Assembly: GCA_038087875.1 (NCBI GenBank)
Contig: CM075988.1
Location: 13,518,001 to 13,582,000 of the forward strand
DNA: 64,000 nucleotides
Reading direction: 5' to 3'
From: Malacoraja senta
Taxonomy: Eukaryota
Every line of letters begins with the position of its first letter. Position 1 is the first letter of the stretch. The notes beneath the pieces were generated by a model, which saw only the letters and a list, made by a program, of their open reading frames with translations, searched no databases and was not told the origin of the DNA. Positions 1-12,487 of the stretch are shown here, piece after piece. The position numbers and the translations under genes were made by a program.

Positions 1-2663
1 CAGTTCAAAGAGAATAGAAAAGAAAGTGTCATTTGTCAAGTGCTGAGGATTATGTCCAGTAAAATTGTGCTTCACATTTTTGATTTGATACCACAGCACT
101 AACTGTAACAGGTTCTGCTGCTCTAGCTGCTTGGGAGGTGTGTAAACTTCAGTCACTGTAATGTCAAACTCTACCCATGGACACATTCCACTTATGGTAC
201 GAGATGCTAGACTGTCTTCATTATTAGCAGAATTCATCAACAGAGCTGGGGGGTCAATGTAATTAATTTCCTGTCATCCACAGCCCCTTCAGTCAATGTA
301 AAGCATTTCCAAGATTGTCCTTCAATTGGGATGTTAGAATGCTTCTTCAGGAAGGGGCACCCTGCTACGCAAAACTGATGGACTACAGAAGCTGCTGGCA
401 GCTTTGGGACCATCTCTTCTGTTGGAAATGAGGTATCAACTAAGGATGGAAATAAGTGTTTTACATATTTATGCTAAATGTTCATAAAATTGTGTCCTAT
501 CAGAAGATAAGTTTTGAGGGGAGGAATTTGTGATGAATTTTCTTCAGATTGAGTAACATGTTCTGGTCGAACTCAAAATATTCTCTTTGAAGATGAATGC
601 TGCCACTAAAGCCAGCATTTATTGCTCATTGCTTGTTGCCCTTAGTGACATCAGTCAGAGTCAGCCTTACTCTAAGACTGGGGTCTCGCGCAATTCAGGT
701 CTCGTACAGACAGAAGGTTCCCTGTTCATTCTGCAGGATATTTTACAATTAATGTCCTTTGAGGTTTTAATTCTATAATTTCCCACCACTACTCTCATGG
801 ATTTCTGCCCCACACCTATTTCCTTTTGTTTTTTCTTAGTAGGGTATGATTGTAAGCAAGTATGTGCAGACATTTAAATTGATCAGCTTTGGGAGGGACA
901 AAATTACGTGGAAAATTAACACTCGCACATCTGTCACCATATGAATTCCTGGTCTTCCAATCTACTACGTTGAGGCACTTTCACTTTTTAAATATCTGCA
1001 CATCTTGTAGATGTAACACTATTCTGCATTGTTTTCTCTTTTGCATTACCTGATGATCTCGTGTGGTATGATTTGCCTGGATAACACGCAAGACAGTTTG
1101 GATTGTATCTAAGTACACATGGTAGTAATAAACCAGTGTCAATACTAATTTCATTTTAGATGATTATTGCTGATGGATGGGTATGATTACAAGAGTTGTT
1201 GTTGATTGTCCCCTAATTAGTAAACATAGACTCGAGTGTTTAAATCTTCATCCTTCCAAGTTAATTCAGTTTAATGCTTTACTGCCTACTGGTGGCCTTG
1301 AGGAGGAGGGCGAGAGGGGAATTCATTTTTACAGTTGCCATTTTTCAGACAGCTTCGTGGAGATCGCAATTCTTTTTTTTTTTTAAATTCTAAACTGTGT
1401 TTTCACTTTTACTTCTCGAAAGTCTAATGAAAAATGTGGCGTGGGAGGACACCAGAACACTGGAGAGCAACCTACGCAGTCACAGGGAGAAAGTGCAAAC
1501 CCCACAGAGAGCAGCAGAGGTCAGGTTTGAACTTTAGTTATGAGATACTGTGCGGAAACAGGCCGCCGACCAGTGATCCCCGCACATTAAGACCAACCTA
1601 CACATGCTAAGGACAATTTATTTACACATACGCCAAGCCAATTAATCTACATGCCTGCATACCTGTGTGGGAGGAAACCGAAGATCTCGGAGAAAACCCA
1701 TGCGGTCATGGGGAGAAGAATGTGCAATGGCTCTACCAGCAGCACCGCTGAGAAATGTCTGAGATTTCGGCAATTGGCTAAAAGATTTTGTTAAAACTAT
1801 CTTATTTGTTACATTGACTGAAGAGCTGAGATGTCTTGATCCTCAGTTATGTGTACTGAAGATTTGTCAGTACTAAAATATCCATACTTTTGAATTTGTG
1901 TGCTGTTGAGTTCATGCAGCATATTATTCTGATCATCTTTACTATAACAGCGGAGCTCAGCAAGTTAGTTTAAATGAATTTGTCTTAATACGAGGATACC
2001 CTTATATAGAAGAATATCTTTCAGTTATTGAATTCTGCCAACTGGACATTGGAAGGTTTAGTTCCCACAGGAATTGTGCACTAATATGAATTGTAAATAT
2101 TTTATCAAAGTCCAGAGATATCGTACAATGGCATTTTTAAGGGAAATCAGTTTTGCATTGACGGCCAAAGGCAAAACTAAGACATGTTCATTTCTCACTG
2201 TATTATTGCATGTTTTCTTTCCATGTAACCTGCAGCTGGTTTCTAACTACATTCTAAGAGATCCATACTCTATACACCTAGTGAGGGTTCTGGAATGCCG
2301 GAAATGCAGCTTGCAAATACAGTACCAATTGCTCTAATCAGTGGTGGAAATGATGTGTAATGTGTAGCATTCTGACAGACCCTGTTGGAGGCTCTAGAAC
2401 GACAATATTGGAATGGAATCATCCTCTGTGGTCTCAATAGAAGGAAGAACTCAACATAACTTGCATTGCCGAACAAATGCTTGACATTTTCCTTGGGAAC
2501 ATATCCAACCACGTTAGCTTGGATGGCCTATTCCCCCTAATGATACGATTTGCCACAATTCTCCACAGAAGCACTGGTACCTAGAGATGGTGTGGACTTA
2601 AGTCAGCAGTTGTGAAATCCATATGGAGTTAAAATGGAACAACTTCACAGTATAATAAAAAAA

Positions 2664-3433
2664 AAGGAACTGCAGATGTTGGTTAATACCAAAGATAGAC
2701 ACGGAATGGTGGAGTAACTCAGCAGGTCTGGCAGCCTCTCTGGAGAAAATGGATAGATGCTATTGCATGTCGGGACCTTTCTTCAGACTGATTGTAGTTG
2801 AGAGAGTGGGGGACAAACTGGAAGCAAAGGAAAAACAGGATAAATCTGGGCTCGCAACAAATAACTTCAGGCAAGGGGGTTCCCTTATAGGCTGATTGTT
2901 GGCTAGAGTGCGAGCCCAAGAGGGATACATTATTGTGAACTGTAGGGCTAGTTATTGGAATTTTAGTGGAGGAAGAGGGGAGCGGGAGTGGGAATGGAGG
3001 TGTTTGTAGAAGTTAAACAAAATTGGAGAATTCAATGTTTATTCCATTGGGTTGTAAGCTAACCAAGCAAAATATGAGGTGCTGTTCCTCCAATTGGAGG
3101 AGGCCCAGGGCAGAAAGGTCAATATGGGAAGGGGAGTTAAAATGGTTAACAACGGTATGGACGTTAAATTCTCCACAGCTCCACAGTTCACAACGATGAA
3201 TTTCACTTGGGCTCACACCTATCTCTATCCAAATATCAGTCTATCAGGGGATCTCCTTTACTAAGGTCATCTGTTGCTGGCCCTGATTTGCCTTTTTTTT
3301 TTCCCCTCCCAGTTTTTTCCCATTCTCCTTACTACAATCGGACTGATGAAGGATCCCAACCTGAAACGTCACTGATCCATTTTCTCCAGAGATGCTGCCT
3401 GACTCGCTGAGTTACTCCAGCGTTCTGTGTATC
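2664..3433 (-). mobile_element. Penelope-like element remnant with inverted terminal arms and endonuclease C-terminal fragment
   Basis: Arms ~2695-2870 and ~3270-3433 are degenerate reverse complements. The interior minus ORF 3013..3216 ends LEEQHLIFCLVSLQPNGINIEFSNF, typical of the Penelope GIY-YIG C-terminus. Confidence 0.75.
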
Positions 3434-4086
3434 TTATGAATTTCCACAGGTTACCCAGATCTCAGGCTGGAGATCTGCACACCGAGCTAGCTGCAGCTTA
3501 GACCTGCCACAAACACTGAAATCTCCAATGAAGTGAAAGGAAAATATTGGGAGAAAGATTTTATTATTTAACTAATATCGTCTAAATAATTTTCATTGAT
3601 TTTTTTTTGTGTTGTGTAGATTTTGGTACAGAAAGGGCACCTCAGAAAACCAAAATGATATGACGAGATTAACGTTACTCTGTGCATTATTGCTCACATC
3701 TTTTGTAGGGCACTTCCTATACAGTCTATGAAAGTCAAATAACTGCTGACGTTGGAATCTGAAATAACAACAGAAAATGCGGAAAGCAGTTAGCGAGTGA
3801 GGCAGCATGTGGGGAAAGAGAAATGGTTAATGCTTCAACTCGAGATCCTTCAAAACATTCACAGTCACTCTTTCCACAGATACTGCCCGTCATGCTACTT
3901 GTTTCCAACATTTACGGTTTTTAGTGCTGCATAATTAAATTAAATTAAGTTGCTGAATGAATACACACAAAAACTTTACAGCATGCGACTTAAGTTAACC
4001 ATCTCATGATCTATTGAATGAATTTTTGATATCCATCTTGTTGGGCCAGTCCCACTGAATCATGATGTTGTGCCTTAGAATAAGAG

Positions 4087-5599
4087 TTTATTGAAGCAGA
4101 TACTCTGCATTTAATAAGATTTGGAGGGAAAGAGAAGTAAAATGTTGATGTGATGTTAGCTCATGAAAGCTTCGGAATCAGTGAGGAAGGAATGAAAAAC
4201 AGTTCCTCTCTCGATGACATCCACCCTTTAATTTCAGCGCGTTACAGAAGTCAGAAGTAACTGAATACAAATTTATCAATGCTGTAACCAAGAAGGCATC
4301 AGAGGATAAATTAGAGGGGTTTTTTTGTAGGTGGGACAAATCATTAAATACTAGCCAGTACCAAATTGGTATAATTTCTCAAGAATTTACCTTTATTTTC
4401 GGTTTCTAATTACCTTCCTATTTCTAGATATTTTTTCATAGTTATTAAATCATGGTTTAGATATCTTCTGCATTGTTTTTTGCAAAGAAGGTAATGCATG
4501 CTGCAAGCCAAGATTTGAATCATTTTTTCTGAAAGCAAAATATACCCTAGAGGTTCTAATCTTATCCGCCCATCAGCATATTCAAAAGATATCATCAAAA
4601 ATTCTGCTAAAACCTTGTTTTGTGCCATTAACCTACAAAAGATTGCAGTTAACCAAGTCTGTGTCTTTTTTTAAACTAAAAATGGCACGGAGATCAGTAC
4701 CCTAAATGAATGGTGAAAATGGGGTGATATCGCACAAGGCAGGGAGCACTTAATAAATAGCTTTGCTTTGGGTATTAGTACAAGTGTCACATCCACTATG
4801 TTTAATATTCAGCTTTAAATGGAGCATCTTTGTTGCATTCATTTCAATATTGCACTCCTTGAGGAACTACTTGAGTCGCTCATTTTGTTCTTGTGCTCAT
4901 TTTCTCCTTGGCTAACCAGCACAGATTATCAATACCATCATGATTCTTACACGCCTCCTAAGGATGCAGTGGTCCTCTGAATATGCAATGGATTAAAGGT
5001 GAAGAAATTAGTTTTTTTTCAGTAAGGGTCTGGTGACTGATAAGATCCCAAGTCTCAAGGGAGCCCTTGCTAAAAAGGAGATGGACACTACAGTTTGTCA
5101 ACTTTACACACCTCGTGGAAACTATTGAGTTTGAGTCGACATGGTCTGAATGAAGGTGGAATACAATACGTACACATGTAAAGAATAAACAACCAGTAGC
5201 AGCCTCACAAGGTCTGTAAACCAGAACATTCCGTTCCTTAAGCATCCTCGGGTAAATGGTAGAAAGGATTTCTTGGAGAAACTCGCTCCCACAAGCCAGT
5301 CTTCTTCACAACCTTTCTGTACTTTACGGAAGCCTTTCAAGGTTGATATTTATTTCTGGGTTGGAATTCACACTGAGTGCATGCATTCTCCCGTTCCATG
5401 CAACAGAACGCATTGCAACAGAGCCACCTTTACAGGGATGTACTCACACATACAAAGGAATCTAGTTTCCTTGGTCATAAGTCATAGAGCCTTGCCGAAT
5501 GACATCCTGGATCACAGTCTCGCTTCAACCGGTATTGTTCATTTCTCAGAGATCTCTTCTGTGCTTTATTCAATTGTCCAGTCTTGTTAGGTACATCAT
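4087..5599 (-). other. Candidate non-coding terminal (3'UTR) exon of B3GAT1
   Basis: About 1.5 kb with no repeats that I recognise, downstream of the gene. Possible acceptor tttcag| at 5600 and minus-strand AATAAA at 4392-4397 and 4087-4092. The acceptor is weak and boundaries are guesses. Confidence 0.3.
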
Positions 5600-5794
5600 C
5601 TGAAATTTTTGCGTTTGCTAAGAATAAACCGCTACCATTATATCCATTGTATGTGTGGTGAAGGAATGGGGCAATCAGGTTTGAGCCAGGTTTAAGGACA
5701 ATTCATCTGCAAGAAAATAAAGGCAAATAAGTTGAATTTGATAGTGATCATTTAAGTTCTGTGGTTTAGTTCTATGATATAATACATTGATCTA

Positions 5795-6025
5795 AGTTCA
5801 TGTTATAGGAGTAGAATTAGGCCATTTGGCCCATCGAGTCTACTCTGACATTCAATCATGGCTGATCTCTGCCTCCTAATCCCATTTTCCTGCCTTCTCC
5901 CCATAACCCTTGACACCCTTTTTAATCAAGAATGTGTCTATCTTTGCCTTAAATACCTACTGACTTGGCCTCCACAGCCCTCTGGAGTGGCAATCAGTTC
6001 CACAGATTAACTACCCTCGGAGTAA
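5795..6025 (-). mobile_element. CR1 LINE 3' end fragment
   Basis: Reverse complement of the CR1 tail (gatcagccatgattgaatg...ggcctaattct) seen repeatedly in the window. Confidence 0.75.
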
Positions 6026-6784
6026 AGACATGAATGAAATACATAAAATATTTAATCTCATGACAAAGTTACATATAAAGTTGCCAAAATCGTGAACAGC
6101 AGGCATTCATTTTGTGCCACTCATTATGTGCTACTCATCCATAAACACAGTCTCTGTCGACCTATATCGGCATTCAAGCTTATACTGTATAAGAAAGTAC
6201 GAGCTTGAAGCTGAAATAAGCCTGTCAGTCCTCAAGCTTGCTCTTCCTTTCTTTATTTCTGATCATGCTTCTCAACACCATTTTGCTGGCCGATCTCAGA
6301 TCCCTTGATCCTTCTAACATCCTGATGTCTACCATTTCCTGCCCTAAAACATAACCAAAGGCATGTATGAAGAAATTTCTCCTCAAATTCTGAAATGGAT
6401 TAACTACAGAATTATGTTCATTGTTTAATCCTTTAATCTTACTTGGTCAATCATTCCTGTATTCATTCCCCTGAACACCTGGTCCTTTGGTTCTGACCTT
6501 CTCCACACTTCCCTCATTTTGGCAGCTTCTGTAAGCTGATGCTAGCAACCTTAACAGCCAGGATCTGTGTTTCCCTCACTAACTTCTCGCCTTCCTTCTA
6601 CTTCTAAAAAAACCTTTTCAGTGCCTGTTTCTTCAGTCAAAGCTTTGTTGAACTTGTCTACTATATCCCTCTTGAGTTGGGGATACCTTATAATAATTGT
6701 GTATGAATGTGGGATAGACTGCCATTTGTTTTGCCATTGTGGCACAGCATCTCCAGTGTTATGTAAATAATATGTATTTAAGAA

Positions 6785-9700
6785 GGAAAAACACCAGGAC
6801 CAGATGGTTTTAGTAATGAATTTTATAAAAGATTTTACGAGATAATTACACCACGACTACACAAAATGTATACATATGCTTTTAAAGAACATACACTTCC
6901 AGAAACATTAGCGGAATCAACGATTACACTTATACCTAAAAAAGGTAAAGATTTAGAAGATCCGGGTTCTTATAGAGCTATTGCGCTGTTAAATACAGAT
7001 CAAAAAATATTAGCGAAAACATTAGCTAGAAGGCTAAGTAACTATGTTAGTAAATTAATAAATCTGGATCAAACAGGGTTTATACCCAAGAGATACTCAA
7101 GCAATAACCTGAGACGTCTGTTTAATATAATGCACTCACATAAAACCGAAGAACAAGACTTATCAATTATTTCACTGGACGCAGAAAAAGCATTTGATCA
7201 AGTGGAATGGGATTATATGGTTGAAGTATTGCAAAAAATTCAAATGGGAGAGAATTTTATCGCTTGGGTAAAATTATTATATGATAGGCCTACTGCCAGA
7301 ATATTAACTAATAATATTTTGTCCTCGAAATTTCAGTTATCAAGGGGAAATAGACAGGGTTGTTCATTATCACCTCTGCTATTTGCTCTTGTAATAGAAC
7401 CGTTAGCGGAAAGTATTAGGATACATCCGAACATTCATGGGTACAATACAAAATACTCAAATAATAAGATATCTTTATACGCAGATGATGTACTACTATA
7501 TATCACAAAATCACAAATTAGCATACCAAATATATTAAATTTAATAGAGGAATTTGGATCCTTTTCAGGATATAGAATAAATTGGAATAAAAGTGAAATT
7601 ATAACGATTAAACCTCAAGAATCGACACACCTGTTAAAATTCCCTTTTAAAATCGCTTCAGAAAAATTTAAATATTTGGGAATTGAAATTACTAGAAAAT
7701 ATAAAGCTCTATTTAATGCAAACTATATGCCCTTACTCAATAAACTAAACACACTGATTAAATTCTGGAAAACCCTCCCGATGTCTCTTAGAGGCCGAAT
7801 AAATGCTATAAAAATGATTTTTTTACCACAAGTTTTATATCTATTCCAGTATACTTACCAACATTTTTTTTTTTTTTTAATTGGATGCTGATATTACAAA
7901 CTTTATATGGGACTATAAATCCCACAGAATCCAAAGAAAACATTTGTGTAAACCTAAAGAATTTGGTGGATTATCAATCCCTGATTTTTTATATTATTAC
8001 TGGGCCACAAATGTCAAAAATATGATTCACTTGTTGGACAATTCGGCCCAGCAGGTGGATTGGATAGTAATGGAGAGAGAGGACTGTTCCCCTTTTAACA
8101 TAGGAGCGATCCTTCTCTCACCAACTAAATTGAAGAATACAATATATAGTAAAAATCCAATTATTTATAGTACAATTAGAATTTGGAAACAAATAAAATT
8201 AACGTTAAAATTAAGAAATCTATCACTTCTCTCACCTATAATGAATAACCCTTTGTTTAAACCTTCTATGATAGATAGATCTTTTATAAATTGGGAAAGA
8301 GTAGGAATTAAAACGTTTGGAGATATGTATGATAATGGAAGTTTTTTAACATTTCACCAACTACAACTTGAATAGTAATCAATATTTCAAATATTTTCAA
8401 ATACGTGACTATTTGAAAAAGTATACACGAGAATATCAAAATATGTCTCCAATTCAATTCAAGCACTTTATTCATCCCCAAGGGGCAATTTAAAGTTACA
8501 GTAGCTTTTAAAAAAAAAAGAAAGGGACACAAACAACGTAACGAAAAGACAAACATTCAAAGCTACTCTCTGCACCAACCGGTCGACCGCACGAGCAGTG
8601 ACCCGGCAAGGATTGGGTTGTCAGCAGCGATACAATAATAAAGAACACACAAAATGTAACACAAACATCCACCACAGCATTCATCACTGTGGTGGAAGGC
8701 ACAAAAATTTGGCCAGTCCTCCATTTCCCCCCGTGGACAGGACCAGAGTCCAAGTCAGTCCAGGATCGGTTCTTCCTCACCGGAGACCGCGGCTTTAGAT
8801 TGTTGTAGGCCGCAGGCCGGCGGTCAAGATTTAAAGTCCCCGCCGCAGCCAGAAGCACCGTATACTGCAGGGCCGGCGGTCGAAGCTCCCCTCCAGGGGT
8901 GATGGTAAGTCCATGCCGGCCCCGCGGTAGAAGTTGGCCGCGGGCCGGCAGTGATGGCTTCTTCTTCCCCCGGGTCCCCCACGAGGGATCCCGGGCTGTA
9001 GATGGCGCACCAGCTGGAGCTCTGCAGACCGCGGCTTCAGGCTGTGACTTCAGGCTGCCGGCTGTCCCGGGCCAGCGAAACGGAGCGCTCCCCTCCAGCG
9101 AGCCCCAGCGAGGGTTCACCCGCTCCACGCCGAGAGTCCACGCTGAAGCCCCGGGCACGTCTCCGGGAAAGGCCGCGCCGGGCACGTCTCCGGGAAAGGC
9201 CGCGCCGATCCTTGATGTTAGGCTACGGGGGAGGCGACCTGGAAAAAGTCGCCTCTCCATGGAGGAGGCGACCGAAGCGGTTTCCCCCTTACCCCCCCAC
9301 ACCACCCCCCACACAAGACACCCAAAGAAACATTAAATACACACTTTAAAACATACTAAAAAATAAAAAAAAGTTGAAAAACTGACGCACTGCTGACATG
9401 GCTGCTGCCTGAACAGCGCCCCCGGAGTATATTAGATGGGATAATGAATATAAAAGCAGAATCAGCTAATTTAATATCATACCTATATAATTCCATTTTA
9501 AACATAGAAATTCCATCATCGGATGGGATTAGAAGAGAATGGGAACAGGACCCAGCTATAAAAATCTCGAAAGAGAGTTGGGATAAACACCTATTATATG
9601 TGCACGATTAACGTAAGACATACTCTGATTCAATTAAAAATTTTACATAGATTATACTATTCAAAAGCTAAATTAAGTAAATTTTACCCAAATACCTCTG

Positions 9701-10450
9701 CTATCTGTGATAAATGCCTAATCCATGAATCAACTATAGCACATTCTTTTGTTTTTTGTATAAAAATCCCAAAATCTTGGAATTAAATTTTTGACATTTT
9801 CACTAAATTATTTAAAATAAAACTGAAACCGAATGCAGAATTGATTATTTTTGGAACAATAGAAGCAAGTTTGGAGCTGACTTCGTTTCAAAGGAGTTTT
9901 CTTAATTATGGCTTAATAACGGCAAAAAAACTGATACTGAAATTCTGGAAAAATGCTTCTACGCCAACAATAAAAACGTGGACTTCTAATATGTCGGAAT
10001 TGTTACACCTAGAAGATATGAGATTCCTCCTAGCAGGTAAACAAGACCAATTCCAAAAGATTTGGTCTCCATATATCGACTTATTACAAACATAAGGTGC
10101 AACAAAATGTTGATAATAAATGGTTTTAGGACCTGGCGAGGGGTGAGTAAAGATAAGAAATAGGTACATCCCTTTTATAATGTCCAATCTTACTTTCTTT
10201 TTTCTTTTTTCTTTTTCCTCCTTTTGTTTTTTTTCTTTTCTTTTTAAACTATTTCTTGTGGTTTAGGTTCATAGGGGTGTTCCTGGACCACTCTTTCAGT
10301 CACTCACTGACTATCTTTACTAACTCTTTCTATCCTGTTTTCCTATTAAAGTTAAAAATAAGAAGTGGTACAAGAAAAGTATAAACTTACGTTATTGCAG
10401 ATTACTGTAATGTAAAATACTTCTAATAATTTTTTTTTTTTTTTTTAAAT
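6785..10450 (+). mobile_element. 5'-truncated L1/Tx1-clade LINE ORF2 (RT + C-terminal Zn-binding motif), disrupted and interrupted by an insertion
   Basis: GKTPGPDGF...YRAIALLNTDQKILAK...LDAEKAFDQVEW...RQGCSLSPLLF...LYADD...FKYLG, later CDKC..H...C. Frameshift at the poly-T near 7870, stop at ~8373, insertion 8451-9424, T-rich 3'UTR and A-rich end. Confidence 0.93.
8451..9424 (-). mobile_element. GC-rich non-autonomous retroelement inserted into the L1
   Basis: Sharp GC shift. The minus strand ends ...aattgccccttggggatgaataaagtgcttgaattgaatt (Rex1/Babar-like tail, recalled). The L1 peptide resumes collinearly on both sides. Internal 27-bp tandem duplication ~9152-9205. Confidence 0.75.
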
Positions 10451-11200
10451 AAAATAAAAGAAGGGCTGCAAGGAAAAGCCTGGGAACTATAGACCAGTGA
10501 GCCTAACAACTGTTGTAGGCAAGTTACAGGAGAGAATTTTGATGGAAAAGATGTAAATGCATTTGAGTAGACGGGCTGATTAAGGATAGTTAGCATGGTT
10601 TTGTACATGGGAGATCATGTCTTACGAATCTGAGTTTTTAGACTCTAAATGTTTGGCCTTACAGACATCACTGGTTTCAATGGCTACACACCACTCATAA
10701 CAGGGCCTGCTGATCGAAGCTCTGTAGCACAAAAATTTCCAGCAAGCCAAGTGTTTGAGGTATTCATTCCTGCCTACTGCTGTGACCAGCATGTGGCTCC
10801 CACAGAAAAGAAGAAATATTGTTTCCTGCTAAATAGTTTGTAAAGAGCAATATTGGATAAATTGTGTGTTAGGAAGAGAATTTCAAGATTTTTGCTCCAG
10901 TTCAGGAACCAAATGCCACATTGCACAAGTGATTTGCAAATGTTGTTGATGGTACATCATATATGCGTGGACGCCATTAAACCAGTAGAAACTTGTCTGT
11001 TATCAATAGTCTCACCATTGGAGTAACTGTACAAAGTTTCTGGTATGGTGGTTCATGGAAAAATAGCTCCATCTCATCTATTAACCAAGGTGAAAAGAAC
11101 AATATTCAGCAATCTCTCTCTGCCTCTCCATCTTTTATGTCCTTAAAACATCTCTGATCAAGCCTTTGACCTTCCTTACTATTTCTGTATGCATTTAGGC

Positions 11201-11507
11201 TTAGTTTATTTATTTTAGAGATACAGCGCGGAAACAGGTCCTTTGGTCACTGATCGCCGACCAGCGACCCCTGCTCATTAACACGATCCTACACTAGGAA
11301 CAATTTTTTCATTTGTACCAAGCCAATTAACCTACAGACCTGTATGTCTTTGGAGTGTGGGAGAAAACCAAAGTTCTCGGAGAAAACCCCTGAAGGTCAC
11401 GGAGAGAACATACAAACTCTGTACAGACAAGCACCCGTAGCCAGGATCGAACCCGGGCCTCTGGCACTGTAAGGCAGCAACTCAGCAGCTGCACCACCGT
11501 GTCACCC
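11201..11507 (-). mobile_element. HE1-type tRNA-derived SINE
   Basis: Minus strand tRNA-like head (ggtggtgcag...gggttcgatcc), V-SINE-like core, CR1-type tail ending ctgtatctctaaa. Confidence 0.85.
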
Positions 11508-11669
11508 GAAAAGCATCAACGTTTGTTTGATAGCATCTTTTAGATGTTTTGCTCTGCTCAGGTCACTGTAGAAATACACTGTGTATTTCACTCCAATATT
11601 TTCACAATTCTGGGTCCAAGGAAGAAAGATGTGACTGTGTACTTTGTGCCGTCTTTATTACCTGTGCAT

Positions 11670-11756
11670 TTATATTTCGACATTTGGATCGGTGAAACCT
11701 TTCTTCCCTTCATTCACCAGCACAGGTTTCTCAGTCCGTGTATGCCATGCTAATAT
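11670..11756 (-). CDS. B3GAT1: B3GAT1 last coding exon
   Basis: Acceptor ctaacag|ATA, ILAWHTRTEKPVLVNEGKKGFTDPNVEI-TAA, followed by atgcacag|gtaata. Read manually. Confidence 0.95.
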   Translation of the reverse strand: MLAWHTRTEKPVLVNEGKKGFTDPNVEI

Positions 11757-11995
11757 CTGTTAGCAGCAAAGGAAAAAAATAAAGTTTAAAATCTAGTAAC
11801 TTCCATTATAACACAACGCCCAGTAAGAATTTGATCTTCAAAGCACCATTTAATCACTTCTTATTACAGCCCATGCAGAATATTTGAGATGTGGTGGGTG
11901 GGCAGATTACATTAACTAAATTGTTTATGAAACATTGTGTAAGTTACTAAACATCAAAGATCCTTTGAAAATGGGAATTAAATACTCTATTTACA

Positions 11996-12262
11996 CTTTG
12001 GTCACTGATCTCCAACCAGCGACCCCTGCTCATTAACACGATCCTACACTAGGAACAATTTTTTCATTTGTACCAAGCCAATTAACCTACAGACCTGTAC
12101 GTCTTTGGAGTGTGGGAGAAAAACAAAGTTCTCGGAGAAAACCCCTGAAGGTCACAGAGAGAACATACAAACTCTGTACAGACAAGCACCCGTAGCCAGG
12201 ATCGAACCCGGGCCTCTGGCACTGTAAGGCAGCAACTCAACAGCTGCACCACCGTGTCACCC
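11996..12262 (-). mobile_element. HE1-type SINE, near-identical duplicate of 11241-11507
   Basis: Direct alignment by eye shows only a few substitutions and shared private variants. Confidence 0.85.
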
Positions 12263-12487
12263 CAAAGGCAGCAAAGTTTGTTTCTTCCCTACTTTTCTTC
12301 CCTACTTTTTTCATTGCCTCAACTGTTTTTCTCCTTCACGCATATAACTAATTTTGTTTTGTACACAATTCTCTTTTGATATTCACAATTGAAGCCATTT
12401 CCATCATTTCAGGCAGTACAATCCAGATCGTAATAACTTGTTGCCAGGTAGGAGCAAGATGAATGTTGTCGAATAGAGGGACTTGAA

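Noticed and set aside
1..3500. Exons of a convergent neighbour such as GLB1L2 (adjacent in human)
   Set aside because: No beta-galactosidase-like peptide was recognised in the ORF track or the frames I read.
8508..9349. Long overlapping ORFs (268, 145, 115 aa)
   Set aside because: Open in several frames because of high GC inside a repeat; no recognisable domain.
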